64,000 nt of DNA from the human T2T-CHM13v2.0 reference genome, Homo sapiens: NCBI RefSeq assembly GCF_009914755.1, contig NC_060935.1. The stretch is one strand, 5' to 3'. This document shows positions 11,976-25,479 of this stretch, one piece after another. Each line of letters begins with the position of its first letter. The stretch's first letter is position 1. The notes under the pieces were generated by a model. That model was given only the letters and a program-made list of their open reading frames with translations. It had not been told where the DNA came from and searched no databases. The position numbers and the translations under genes were made by a program.

Positions 11976-12818
11976 AATTTTCTTTCTTATTTGAATAATA
12001 ATAAAAATCTTGAGAAATAAAGTCAGATAGTTATCAGGACTTGTTGAATTTTTGGTTATGTTTTAAGAATAAAGATCTTTCCAATGATATAGTTGTTTGC
12101 TGTTTTCTGGAGCCTATTATCACAATGAAAAGGCTGGCTGGTCTCCCATAGGAGCCCCTGCTGGCTTCCTACTAAATACTCATTCCTAAATTAACCACAA
12201 GCATGCAGATTGTATCTGTAAACAAAGTAGTAAATCTAAAAGTAAAAGTAATTATGTAATTAAAATGAAAAAGATAATAATTAATTTAGAATGCATTCAT
12301 TTTAATTGAGTAAAAGAAAAATATGATGGCCGTATAGAGAAGGTGTTGAGAGAGAAGGAGGGAGGGAAGGTGAGAGGCAAGTGAAGGGAAGAGAAAGATG
12401 GCACTGATTTAATAAAGACCTCAGTATTAAAAAGTACCAGTCAGAAATCAGAATTTAAAGCATATCATAGCCATGTTGGCATTGACCCCACACAGAAGAG
12501 TTGAAAGCATCTCATAGATGTGATGGCATTGCTCCTAGTTTTTGGCTCTTGGTGAAGAAAGACTATAGGATCAGCCGATGAAAAATTATTCCATAAAGAA
12601 TATATCATCAATAGGTATTTTATAAGGTTCCTTTCCTGGGAAATGTCATAAATTGCCATAAATTTTTGAAGAGGTATCAAAATTTTCTTTAGGTCATATG
12701 TTTCTGATTCTATAACATCTTGATCAGTGGTCACATGTCATCACACAAAGATAAGCAGAAGAATGACATGTAACCAGAATAGATTTTGAGTGGCCTCAAG
12801 GCTTTGCTTGTTAATTAC

Positions 12819-13121
12819 TGTCATGAACTGAATGTGTTCTTCCAAAATTCATATGTTAAATCCCTAAAGAGGTAACTACAGTTAAATGAGGTCGTAAGCA
12901 TGGGGCTCTATTCCAATAGGACTAATGTCCTTATAAGCAGAAGAGATAACAGTGCTCACTCTCTCTTTCTTTCTCTCTCTCTCTCCTCCTCTTTTTGTGT
13001 GCAGAAAAAAAAGGCTGTATGAAGACCCAGAAACCTTCGGACCTGAGAGAAAATTAATTTATGTTGTTAAAGTCACCTAGTCTGTGGTGTTCTATTGTAG
13101 CAGTTTAAGCTGACTAATAGA
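12819..13121 (+). mobile_element. MLT1A-like solo LTR with deletions
   Basis: TGTCATGAACTGAATGTGT..CCAAAATTCATATGTT...CTGACTAATAGA; imperfect TSD ATTAC/CTTAC. Confidence 0.8.
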
Positions 13122-13998
13122 CTTACAAAGATCTTTGTGGTAGCAAAATCTCAGTTCAGTGAGCAAACTCTGTGTGATCAGCTGTATTTTCTCAGGCAAA
13201 ATGATTCAGTGTGACTTGTCTCCTCTTCCTGCCTCATTTCCTAGTCTGGAATCAGACAGACACTGCCAAGATCTCTTTACTTAATTGGCTCAGAACTGAA
13301 ACACAGAGTATCTAGGGGAGTTAAGAGGAAAGCCTGGGGGATGTAAAGAAAGAGTCACTTTCTGCCCCTGTGTCTCTGCTCATGAAGGAGGAGGGGTCAA
13401 CTTTTCAGGTGGTTGGGAAGATGCCCAGGAAGGACATAACTGGAATCTGAAATTTCTTAAAAATGGCCATATCCTTGAATGTTGAAAACCTCAGAGAGAG
13501 ACCCAGAAGATATTTCAGGTCTATGAACACCCTATATTTGTCACTGATATTAGACAACCTACCCTAGCATAGTTTCCTAGCCAACCGGAAGAGATAATAT
13601 GGAACCCACAGGAATATTTTTTTATAAAATAGACAAGCAGATTGACTCAGACCTCTTTCCTCTGGGCCCCTCTCTAGTTTCCAAGATAGAATTCTAAGGT
13701 GGATGGAATGGTGGATACCTCCAAGTAGGAGACCCCTAGACCCTTCTTACTATGCTAGCCACATGAGAGAAGACAAAGAGTATGATTCTACAAAACTAAA
13801 CGTTAAAAAGAAGAATCAGATGGATTACTCTTCATGACCACAGAAGACTTTTTACCTTTTCACAGATCACATGGTATGTGAAAGGGTTAGTCTTTTAGCT
13901 TTGTGGCATAATTTTAGCACAGCTTGTCTTTGGTATGAGTAGTTAGTATTGTAATATAGAACACATGTTAACATTATGCACTGAAAGAGTAATAATAT

Positions 13999-14382
13999 TG
14001 TATTAGTCTGTTCTCACATTGATATAAAGAACTACCTCAGACTGGATAATTTATAAAGAAAAGAGATTTAATTGACTCACAATTCCACAGGCTGTACAGG
14101 AAACATGGCTGAGGAGGCCTAAGGAAACTTACAGTCACGGCAGAACACAAATGGGAAGTAGGCATGTCTTACATGGCCAGAGAAGAAGGAAGAGAGAGAA
14201 GGACAAAGTGCTACACACTTTTAAACAACCAGCTCTCATGAGAACTTACTCACTACCACGAGAACAGCAAGGGAGAAGTCCGCCCCCATGATCCAATCAC
14301 CTTACAACAGGCCCCTCCTCCAATATTGGGGATTACAATTGGACATTAGACTTGGGCAGGGACATGAATCCAAACCATATCA
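13999..14382 (-). mobile_element. MSTA-like solo LTR
   Basis: TGTATTAGTCTGTTCTCAC...CCAAACCATATCA with exact TSD AATAT. Confidence 0.92.
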
Positions 14383-14479
14383 AATATTGTATTGAGATGG
14401 TTCAGTTCACCTATGTGCTGATCATTTTGCCATAGTGTCTTACATAAGCCATAGAAAATTCCAGGATATTGTGGCTCTC

Positions 14480-14978
14480 TGCTATTTTTGCATGCTAACA
14501 TTCATTCATTCTGACCCTGTTTTAAAAACCTCAGTTTCCTTCTGGGAAGCTATCTCTTTTCCACTTTGTTCTTTAACTTTCTGTGGGTGGATGGTAGAAG
14601 TGAAGCATGAGACAAGTCTGAGCCAATCAGCAGATCATAAACAATATGGATGATGAAGGTATTTTCCCTGAAACTTCTCAGGAGGAAGCACTCCTATTTT
14701 CCTCTGTGCCTGAACTGAGATATACACCTAAGAATTGCTGGTTTGGGTTGATTATCTAAGAGAATAAACTGCTTAAAATTAGTCAGAAAAGGGTAAAGTG
14801 AGGCTACAAAGTAAAGAGAGAAATTGGATCCAGGCAATGTTGTTTGAATCCTGGATCAAGCCTCATCTGAATTCAATGTCTATCTTTGATCTGTTCAGTT
14901 ATGTAACATTTTTTAGAAAGTCCGATTAAGCCAGTGTAGGCCAGTTCTTTGGCATTTGCAACAGAATCCTCACTGCAG
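14480..14978 (+). mobile_element. Old ERVL LTR (LTR16/LTR33-like)
   Basis: GAGCCAATCAG, CTGGATCAAGCC and TTAAGCCAGT...ATTTGCAACAGAATCCT motifs. Confidence 0.5.
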
Positions 14979-16829
14979 CATTTCATGTTACACGTGAGTC
15001 CCTGAATCTTATGGAAGTTAAATAATTTAACCTAAAGCAATATTTATATTAAGTAACAGAAATGCTAAACCCCATACACAAACACTTGGAGAACTTGGAT
15101 GCAATACTCCCCATGTCTGAGCTGAAGATAAGATATTTTACCATGAACTGGCTCATGGAAGCAATGAAAAGAAACACATTTTGAAGAACATTGGTCTGAC
15201 ATTTACTTTTGTTTTTCACATAATGAGTACATGTCAAAGTAGGATTCCATCCTGAGTCTCACCAACTCTATAGCAAATACCCTACTGTATTTTTTTATGT
15301 AACAGAAGTAAGAATAACATTCTATGTCACAGAGAAATTGATTATTTCTCAATAAAGCCAATATAAGAACAGGTGAAGCATAGGGGGAAAGGTTAGAATT
15401 CTCTATGATTAAAGTTTGTTGGCCTGAAACAGACATGCTATAGAAAGTTGTGAGAGCTGCCTTCAGGAATGTGTGACATAGATCCTCCTTCCTTAAACCA
15501 CCAGGAAACAGACAAAGAGACTGGTTATGGAAAGAATCTGGGCCTTGGTGAGAGATAGTAGAAAGGACGTGGCCATTGGTATTAATTGAAATATATAACA
15601 TGTCTTCCTAAGCTATTTTCTCCCCAAATATGTTCCTTGCAGTACTGCTGTTTGACATGCTCTCTGAACATATTTTTTATTGTAATCCACAGAAATTGAC
15701 TATATAAAGGAAAAGAGGAAGGTATTGAGGGACAGTCATTAGCACCTAAGTTGACAGTGGGCTGAGGTTCTGCCTTGGCTAATGGCCAGATCCAATAGTG
15801 GCTAGAAGCACTATAAGGTCACTGCCGAACAGCCTTGTGAGTGGGAAGCTACTGCCTGCCACTGGATACTAACTACCACTACTACCACTCAGTGGTCATC
15901 AGATGTTGTCAGCACTGCAGAGGAAAATTCTATATTGTCCTGCTTGCTTTCTTTTATCATTGGTTCCCGATTCAGAGTTTCTTGTAGGAGAATCCCATTG
16001 GCCAAGCTTAAGTCACTTCACCAAAATCCAACTGCTTTTTCTCGAGGAAAAAAAAAAATGTCAGGTATTTTTGGCTTCTATGATGTGAGGAAGATCTTTA
16101 ATCCATGTATAGATTTACCCCAAATTATCTTCTTTAAACATAAAAATGAGCAAGTGAGTAAGCAACAAATATCTGCTCCACCCAGAAAAATGTTCTTTAG
16201 AAAACAAACAAAAAGCACAAAAAATGGGAAGTACTGTTTACCATAATTTTATCTTGGAGATTCACAATTTATTTAAGTGGTCAAAATCTCTGAGAATTCT
16301 TACTGCACAACAAACAAAAAACCCTGTTATTTTTAGAATTTGTCATTCAACAAACTTATTTGAACATGATACCTTTGATTATAGAATATTTGAATATCTC
16401 TCGTATTTTTCCTCAAGTTGTAATTTGAGAAAAGTTGTCTTGAGCCTTCTCCAGATGTCTTATCTATGTCCTCCCCCAGCCTTTTATAAACATACCCCGA
16501 GATGGCAAACTAAATGCAGGAGCTAAAAAGTCTCATGTTCCCCTTTCAAACTATGGTTATATTTAATACCAGAGTCTTTTAGAATCCATTCACAGGACTT
16601 GAATCCTGGATCTGAGTTTGCAAAAGAAATGAAGCTAATGAAAGACAAGGAACTTCTGGTCTTAGTTGAGATGCAAAAAGAATTTCAAGGAGAAGTCAAG
16701 GAACAAAAAACAATGGCCAAAATCATGGTGAGTAAATTATATCCTTTACCCTTGTGAAGAGACTTCAGCCTACAACCACATTTGTGTCCTCCTCAATTAT
16801 ACTGTCAATATCTCAAGTCTAAACCCATG

Positions 16830-17130
16830 CACACATTTCTGTTTTCTTTGAAACATTCCCTCTTCTGCTTGCTCTGGCTGATTTCTTTTCATCTTTCATC
16901 CTAAATAGCTCTTCCTCACGGATGACTTTACTTGCTTTCCCCACCAACTGAATTTGAAATCACTGTTATGTGCTCCCATGATACCTTTGTAAGTTCCCAC
17001 TTAACTAATATCTTACATTATGCGATTGATCATTTGATTGTGTCTCCACAGGATGGGTTATAAAAGAAAAAAACTATTTATCTGTTTTATTCCTTCTTTG
17101 TATAGAACTCCATGAATTTCATCCACCATA
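16830..17130 (+). mobile_element. L2 fragment
   Basis: Degenerate pyrimidine-rich L2 3' region. Confidence 0.4.
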
Positions 17131-17174
17131 TAATAAGGTAGATGATATTCATTTCCCACCAGGTGAAAGGTAAG

Positions 17175-17596
17175 TGTGTTAGTTTCCTAAGGTTATTGTT
17201 AAGTATAAGAAACTTGGTGACTTAACAGAAATTTATTCTCTCACAGCTCTCAAGTCTGGAAGTCCTAAATCAAGCTGAGGGCTGAGCCACGCTTCTTCCA
17301 AAGCTTCCAGGAGAGGACCCTTCTTTGCCTCTTCCAGCTTCTGGTAGAACTCAGATGTTTCTTGACTTGCCAGAATAGCACTTTGTTGCCTGCCTCTGTA
17401 GTCACATGACACTCTCCTGTGTGTGTCTGTCTCTGATTTTCCTTTTTTTTTTTAAGGACACCAGTCATATTTGATCAGGGCCCAACCTAAGGACTTCAGC
17501 TTAATGTGATTATACCTGCAAATACCTTATTTCCAAATAAGGTCCTATTCACAGTTACTGGGGATTAGGACTTCAACATATCTTCAATCCATAGTA
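17175..17596 (-). mobile_element. MLT1 (B/C-like) solo LTR
   Basis: TGTGTTAGTTTCCTAAGG...ACAGAAATTTATTCTCTCACAG...GGATTAGGACTTCAACATATCTT. Confidence 0.85.
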
Positions 17597-17708
17597 ATAT
17601 GGTTTATGCCCTTTTTGTTCATCTAATGCATGCATAACCTCTTCTCAGAATGTTAAGGCATGGTACATAATAAGTGGCTACTTGCTCTCTCTCTTTCTAT
17701 AAATAGTA

Positions 17709-17747
17709 AGAGAGAGAGAGAGAGAGAGAGTGTGTGTGTGTGTGTGT
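17709..17747. repeat. (GA)n(GT)n microsatellite
   Basis: Directly visible. Confidence 0.9.
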
Positions 17748-18318
17748 TTAACAAAAAGTTCAACATTTGAGAGAGGACTGTATGAGTTCCAATTGCTATG
17801 TTAATGCCCAGGGAGTTGGGATGAGAGAGGAATGGCTGGAAGGAATACAAAAACAAATCTATGGTAAATCCCTACTGTGAAGGAAAGTTAAGAGAGATAG
17901 ATTGTATTTCTTACAACTAGAAGAGGTGGGCATGTGGAATAAACTTGGGTTTAACTTTAAACTGATATTGTAATCTGTTTGGTGAGATAAAGCTTCAAAA
18001 AGAGAAAGAGGCAGCAGCAATCTTGCCATTGTCTCAGGAGTAAGAATATGCATTCATGTTTTCTCTTTGTCTTTCCTCACCCTCTTCTATTTTTCCTTTT
18101 CCTTTTGTCTTTTTCCCAATTTCCCTAGAACCGTAACTAAAATAAAGTATTTTATCTACCTACCTGTCTCTTCTTTGCAGGAAAACATTTCCATCTGGCT
18201 TTCCTCTGTCTGACTTAAACAATGATTTTCCATCCTACCTGAACATTATAATCATCTGGAAGAGTTTTTTAAAATACAGATGCTATTGCTACACCCATGG
18301 AGCTTGTGTCTTACCATC

Positions 18319-18695
18319 TGATATGGTTTGGCTGTGTCCGCACTCAACTCTCATCATGAATTGTAGTTCCCGTAATCCCCATGTGTCATGGGAGAGGCCT
18401 AGTGGAAGGTAATTGAATTATGGGGAAGGTTACCTCCATGCTGCTGTTCTCATGATAGTGAGTGAGTTCTCAAGGGATCTGACGGTTTTATAAGGGGCTT
18501 TTCCCTCTTTGCTCTGCACTTCTGCCTGCTCCCACCACATAAAGAAAGATATCTTTGCTTCCCCTTCCGCCATGAGTGTAAGTTTCCTGAGGCCTCCCCC
18601 GCCATGCTGAACTGTGAGTCAGTTAAACTCTTTCCTTTATAAATTACCTAGTCTATGGTATGTCTTTATTAGCAGCATAAGAATGGACTAATACA
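18319..18695 (+). mobile_element. THE1D-like solo LTR, apparently inside a MER5A relic
   Basis: TGATATGGTTTGGCTGTGTCC...GGACTAATACA; TSD CCATC/GCATC. Confidence 0.9.
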
Positions 18696-18964
18696 GCATC
18701 TGTGATTCTATTCCAGTTTAGGATGAGATCCCCTGGTCTCTAAGATGCTTCAAGATAGCAGATCCAGCATTAACTCCTTCAAGTGTGAAATCCTGACAGC
18801 TAAATAGTTTCTTTCGTAAACATATCTTAAGCATTTAGTGGCCTCCTTGTCCTTCAAGACTGTGTTAAGTGTTTCTTTTCATACAATATGGTAGCCTTGT
18901 ATTATATAACCTGGACAGTTTAATTCAACTCTAGTCGACTTTCTCCCTACCCCCACCTTTACTT

Positions 18965-19082
18965 TTATCTCTGTCTCACTTAGACTGACCCCATTGAGGA
19001 TGGGGGCTGTTGCCTTTATCTCTGTGTCCCATTTATCTACTACAGGGCTCAGCACACAGTATGCCTTTAATGCATTTAGTAA
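18965..19082 (+). mobile_element. L2 3' end
   Basis: TAGACTGA..CCATTGAGG...CAGCACACAGTATG. Confidence 0.55.
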
Positions 19083-19869
19083 AATAATGACTTACTTCTC
19101 TAGTTTGAGTTTTCAGAAAAAGGAAATTTCTCCTACTCTCAATATCTCATATTGGCCTGAGCCCTCAACCAATTGAAAGCAAACAACAGCTAAATTTCTC
19201 ACTACATCTCCCATGCTAACTTAAAAAAAAATTTCCTTTGATCTCAGCTGCTGATGGAGAGACTATGAAGTAACAGAAGTTTCTCTCTTCTTTAGCAAAA
19301 AATAATATGGTACTAATGCCCAGGAGGGATCTAAGGTTCTATTTTTATCCCTTCTCTGAATTATCAATTTACTGCTAGGCTTTGTTTTGAATCTCAGGGC
19401 TCTGACAGAGCAGGCTCTATCTTTCAGAGCTGACTGTTCTGCAAGATTATTTTAAAAGTAGCTTTATTAAAATAAACACATTTAAAATCAAAACAACTCT
19501 GGTGCTTCTAGAGATATTTCCTAGAAAGGAGTGTGAAAAACAAGTCAACTGCTGAAGGACCATTTTATTACTTCTAACTACAAGTAGTTTTTTCCATGCT
19601 ATAGTGACTTTTTTGAGCAGAGAAGCAGGGCTTATTTAAATAATTATTCAGGCTTTCCAGGTACCATGGCGTCTTGCTCTTTTGCTTTCTGACCTGATGC
19701 CTTCGGTGTCCTTCTCAAAAGGCTCTCAGATCACCTTCAGTTCTTCTAGACCTTGTACTGCAGAGTTGCTTGACTTTGAATTTTCCATAAAATTGCATTT
19801 AAATATAAGAAACCTTCAAAATATTTTTATTGAATTTATAATTTGGAAATAAAAGCCTAAGATGAAGGG

Positions 19870-20092
19870 AGGCATTGTGATGCAAAAGGAAAAGGCATAG
19901 ATTTGAGCATCAAAGGACCTAAGTCCCTGCACGACATTAATTGTATGACTTTTGGAAGGTCATTTTACCTCTTTGAATTTCATCTCTTTCATCTGCAAAA
20001 TGAAAGTACTGAGCACATAGCTTATACATACGTTTGAGGGTTAAAGAGGACCAGCTATAAAGTACTAGACACATTGCAGTAAGTGTTCAGTG
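19870..20092 (+). mobile_element. MIR SINE
   Basis: TGTATGACTTTGGAAGGTCATTTTACCTCTTTGAA..CATCTGCAAAATG core. Confidence 0.7.
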
Positions 20093-20947
20093 AAACAGGA
20101 TTCACTCCACTGCCCGTGATTGTCCTTTTCTTCATATTTCAATTAAAATAACCACTGTAACAATCTTTTCTCTGTCAAATCATTAGCCTGATGAACTAAT
20201 CCTCATCCTCCATTGCATCTATATTCTGGTTGTAATTGCTGTGAAAAACAACTCATGTAAATGACACAAAGACCCAGCTAATGAGGAAAGGCCAAATATT
20301 AATTCACAAATACATTCTGAAAAATGTCATTTTTACTTTAATATATTTTTGATGTATCTCCCATATGCCTGGGTTTATGCTTATTTCTATTAACTCTTAT
20401 GTCCTCTCCTCAAAATACTGGCATTCTTGTAGGTTAGTCATTACCATGAAAAGTTCCTGTATGAAATTGACATTCATGTATACCATGAATGAAGCATAGA
20501 TAAAGACTAGTCATTCAAAAGAAAAAAAAAGAGAGAGACATTTATTTCCTTTATGAGGGAACAGTAAAGGATTCTGGAAGTAAGTAGAATATTAGCAATG
20601 GCAAAAAAAGTTAATAGAATTTGGAAATGGAGAAACTAGAAAGGAAAGCATCATCCATGATAATAGTAACATGAACAGAAACATTCAAGGGCCAGCAATG
20701 GGTGCATTTGGAGAAGTGAGAATTCAGTTTTGTTGGAACAAATAGTTCACAAAAAGAGAAAGATTAGTTTTATATGTGTATTGCAACTTTAGAGCACTAT
20801 GATAATGCAACTTAAAATCCTAGTAGGCATCTGAATTGGCCTTAGATAATTTGGAGTTGGAAATGTGTCTTCCTATATGGTAAAAATTAATTTTGGCTTA
20901 GAGATTACTCCTTCTTGACTAAAATCTAACTAAAATCTGAATTGAGC

Positions 20948-21259
20948 ATATATATATATATATACATATATATATGTGTATACATATATATGCGTACACA
21001 TATATATACATATATATGCGTACGCATATATATACATATATATGCGTACACATATATATATACATATATATGCGTACACATATATATATACATATATATG
21101 CGTACACATATATATACATATATATGTGTACACATATATATACACACATATATATGTACGTATATATACACATATATATGTACGTATATATACACATATA
21201 TATACATATGCACATATATATACATATACATATGCACACACACACATACATACATACAC
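20948..21259. repeat. TA-rich alternating purine-pyrimidine minisatellite
   Basis: Units such as TACATATATATGCGTACACATATATA; source of six spurious Y/I-rich ORFs. Confidence 0.95.
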
Positions 21260-21589
21260 GGGGGGCGGGGACAGAGAGACTGAGAGAGGCAGAGGGAGAG
21301 ACAGAGAGAAAGAGTGCTAAATCAATAGATGACCTATACTACTTGACTGAAAATACCATGATCTGGGTAAATGCCATCCTTTGAGAATTTCCAAAGCCAA
21401 TGCTTAAACAGTGAAAACATGAGAAAGGCAGTCCCTCACCCAATCAGTTATATAATTAGTTATTTGAAACCAAATCATCAAAAACAGGCTTTTGTCTTGA
21501 TGTGACTACCCGTAAAAACTTTAACCAACATTTAAGACCCATCGAAAATGCCAGTTCTTCCATTAAACTTTTAAAATTTCTTAATACTG

Positions 21590-22335
21590 ACTCAAGGTTT
21601 TTCTCTTTTATTCTCTTCTCTTTATTTATATTAACACTTTTTGTGATATTATGAAATTCAGGGCTTTAAATATTGTCCAGTTGACTCCTAAATATATATC
21701 TCCATTCCAGACCTATGTCTTAAGCTGCTGATGTATTACTCCAACTCACTCAACATTTCTACTTGAATGATTAGTTGATATCACAACCTAACATGTCTAA
21801 AACTGAATTTCTGATATTCCTCCCCAAAGATGCTCAATTGATCTTAGTTAATGCCAAGTCCATTATTCCATTTTCCCTGATCCAAAACCTCGAAGAAATC
21901 TCCTTTCTCTTATACCATCCAAATATTCAATCGACCAGCAAATTCTGTTATTTCTACTTTCAAAATCCAAAATACTTCCAAGTATCATCACCTCTCTAGT
22001 CCAAATCACTGTCACTTTCTCACTTATTATTACAAATAGCCTTCTAAATGTGGTTCTCTTGCTTCTATGCTTAACCTTCTTTCTAATAACCAGTCTAATC
22101 TCAGGACAGCAGCTAGAATAATCTTCGTAATACAAAAGTCAAAGCATATCACTCCTCTACTCAAATATTTCATGTAGATCATTATTTCACTCAGAGTAAG
22201 AGCCAATGACTTTACAATGTGAGATCCCTAGAGGGCTTGCAAATTTGACTGTTGAGGTCATGTATGTTTCCTAAGTGCCTGGAATCATGTTGGCACACCA
22301 TAGATGTCCAAACAATAATTAATAAATAAAATTGA
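21590..22335 (+). mobile_element. L2 fragment
   Basis: CTAACATGTCTAAAACTGAATT, CAGCAAATTCTGT...TTCAAAAT, CACTCAGAGTAAGAGCCAA. Confidence 0.75.
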
Positions 22336-23700
22336 TGAAAAGATATTTATCCTTTTTTACCTGCTCTCTCATTTTACTTAGTTCTTGATACCAGCAGCTT
22401 CTAGTATAGTTCTTTTCAGTAAATGTAGCATGAATTCAATTATATTCCACATTTCAATGGCTTTAGAGCCACAGAGTCTGCACATTAGCAGGATGGAAAA
22501 CAAACCATTATTTGCTTATATCTGTTGATACTAGTGGAAAAGATCATCTGCTCTTAAAAAACAAATAAATCTATATTGTTAGCAGCAGAATCTGAAATCT
22601 GAATTCCCTGGATTAGTGGTTTTAAACTGTTTTTCACATTCCGCTCGTGGTTCTGAAAATGTGCTACAAGTGTTACTGGAAAGGTGAAAGTCATGAGGCA
22701 CTTTCATCCCAACCCATCAAGAGTTGTATAGGAACTTCCCCGAGTTCCTGCTCTCCCAGGCCAGCTCTGCTATTCCTGTTTCCATATTCAGATCTTGGGT
22801 AAGATTTTGTTGAAAGGAAAAATTCCAGAGCAAAAAGAAATTTTGAAGACAACTAAATTAGGTCATTTTTTCCAACTCTCAACTTATTTTCATCTGTATA
22901 AACACAATTTTTGCTTTCAACCATTGCCAGCTCTGGAGCTAAAGGGAATTTAGCTCACATTGAATATCAAAATATAGGGTTTTTTTTAAATTTCAAACTG
23001 ACACTTTCTATTTTTATTTAAAGTAGGGCAAATGGATTTTTCTTATCTTAAGAAAAATATTTACTTTTCTAAACTATCAGCAGTTTATTCATTTATTTTG
23101 TCATTCTTTCTTCCCCTTAGAAGACAATGGCTGAATGATAATTGGTACAATAGTGTCCAGGAAAATTCATGTTTTCTATTAAATACAACAGAGAAGGAAG
23201 ATAGGAAATCAAAATGACAGAACTTATCATGTCATAACATATCACACCGTCAGAATCTTTAATTTGATGTCTTAAAAAAAAAAGCCCCCACCTACAGATG
23301 TGCTACAACTAGCAATTTTTAGTCATCCAGGAATATTTAACATCTACTCATATACAATTACCTTGCTTGATGCTTTTCTTTTTCATTTATTTTTAATTTT
23401 TTCTTTGGCTTATTATTATAGTCTACAAAAATGTACCAATATGTATCACATCCTTTCTTATTTGTCTGATCCCTCTTTTCCTAGGAAAAAGGAAAGTTAG
23501 CATTTTCTAAGTTATTTTTGTGATTCTTCTCTGTCCTCTCTTTGAGGCATTGTTAAGTGGGCATTTAGTATCTGTATATGGTTTAATACTTTCAGAAATC
23601 TGAAAGAGATAAATGTATTGTACATTTTTAACTACCAGCCAGAATGCAGATTTTATTGGCCAAGTATGATAAATATTTTATAATCTTGTAACTCCTTAAG

Positions 23701-23870
23701 CCAATGATTCTTGACTCACTACACATTAGAATTAACTTAAGAGCTTTTAAAAGACATGGATGCTTAGTAAGGACAAATTAAATCAGGATCTCTTAGAGTA
23801 AGATCTAGGCACTGGTATTTTAAACTACCTGGGATCATGCTGATGTGTAGTTAATGCTGAAAACCACTTT
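23701..23870. mobile_element. MER5A-like hAT DNA transposon
   Basis: CAATGATTCT...ACATTAGAATT...CTGAAAACCACT. Confidence 0.6.
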
Positions 23871-24022
23871 TCTAAGAGGACTACGTAACTAAAAGGGGAG
23901 CTATCAATTTATTTTAAACTTGGTCTCAATGCATAATACTTGGAAAACATGGAAATGCAATAAGGACTGAATTTGCTGTGCTTTGTTAGTTTGATATGAC
24001 CTGGAGTGGCTTAGAATGGAAC

Positions 24023-24374
24023 CAGAGGTAAATTTACCATGAGCCTGATGAAGCTTAAGCTTCAGTATCCCTAATTGCTTCTGCCTCTGTGAGTGCTGGG
24101 ATTTGCTAAGATTTATATAGTGTTCAGGTAGGATAAATCAGGCAGCAACCAGAAAGCATTTCTGTCTAAGGAGTACTTGTAAATTGCTTAAAGAGGTCTC
24201 AGAAAAAAGGGACTTGTGTTAGTCCACAGAAATTCGTTGGAATGTCTTTTATTATTTTACATTAATATTCAATTTCAAACCCATTTGTATGTTTGTAATT
24301 TTGCACACCTTTTCTCAAAGATGAACTCAAAATTGTATATGCTTGAGGCCTCCCAGTACCTGGATTTGTCTCTG
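24023..24374 (+). mobile_element. hAT-Tip100 (MER69/Arthur1-like) DNA transposon
   Basis: CAGAGGTAAATTTACC..GATGAAGCTTAAGCTTCAG start; imperfect inverted end GGATTTGTCTCTG. Confidence 0.6.
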
Positions 24375-25479
24375 AGTGTGACATGTTTTAAAAAAGTAGA
24401 AGAGGTCATATTCATAACTAGGAATTTAAATGTTAGAAATTCACAGTGAAGAAAGGCACATTGATTCTTGCCTGCATAATAATATATTTCAAGTAGATGG
24501 TGACTCTACTTTTGAATCAGACTTTAAAAAATATTTAACTTAAAGAATGTGTTATTTCAGTTCTTCTCTAAGTTCTTTTGAGTAACTTTAATATATATTC
24601 TTAAATGCCTTTCTGAATGAGAAACAACCTAATAATTTCTGTTGAATAAAATTCCCTAATTTTCCCTAAAATTGTACAAATTTTAATTTCTGCAAGAGTT
24701 CTTTTAATCCAGTCTGCTTTCCTAATTTACCTTGGACTGATACAGAGAAAATAAGGAACCTCTTGTTCATGGCACCTAATTTTATCACAACCAACATTGC
24801 ATTTTCTTGTATTAGCAGCGATATATACGCCTATTATAATACTTATATAATTTTACCCCAGATATTTGTCTATATATCTTGGTGTATGCTTTTGCAACTT
24901 CAGCAAGAATTATGGGATCTATGAAGCATTCTGCAAATAATTGAAAAAACGATTTTGTTTTAGAGGTCTTTTTAAGGGAACTCTTTTGAAGGAAGTGTCA
25001 CAACCACTTTACTTAATTTCTCTACTCTTAATTTCATGTAGAATGTGAGGGAATTTGAGATGAAACTAAGAAATCAAATTAAGTAGATTCATTTTCTTCA
25101 GCTAATGGTTCCTGCATCCTTCATAGCTAGGTGCTTATTTCCTTTTCACGGTACTCAGATTAGTCCACTTTCCATTTGAAACCCAGTGTGGTAAAGCCAT
25201 ACAAAGTAGCTGACTGTTAATATTGGCAACATGTTCATCCTCTCTTAGTGTTTAAATATTCACACTCTCAGAATGGAGATGATGATCATAGAGAAGAGGT
25301 GGGAGCCCAGGGCTATACCTCAATCTGCTTTTACATATATCTTTATAGCTGTAGCTTGCATTTAACATCTCTGGAAAGCACCAAAGGAAATCTAACCAAA
25401 AACCTTTTCAAAATTCAGGAGAGGATGAAATATTTTAGAAAGTGCGTGCTCACAACCTTATTGAATTCTTATCATTTAT

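Noticed and set aside
13130-13950. Possible ancient LTR here and at ~52590-53594 (ends AATAAACCTGTTACA)
   Set aside because: Texture is suggestive, but I cannot assign a family or boundaries without a Dfam search.
20919-21384. Six overlapping 109-136 aa Y/I/C-rich ORFs
   Set aside because: Translation artefacts of the TA-rich minisatellite.
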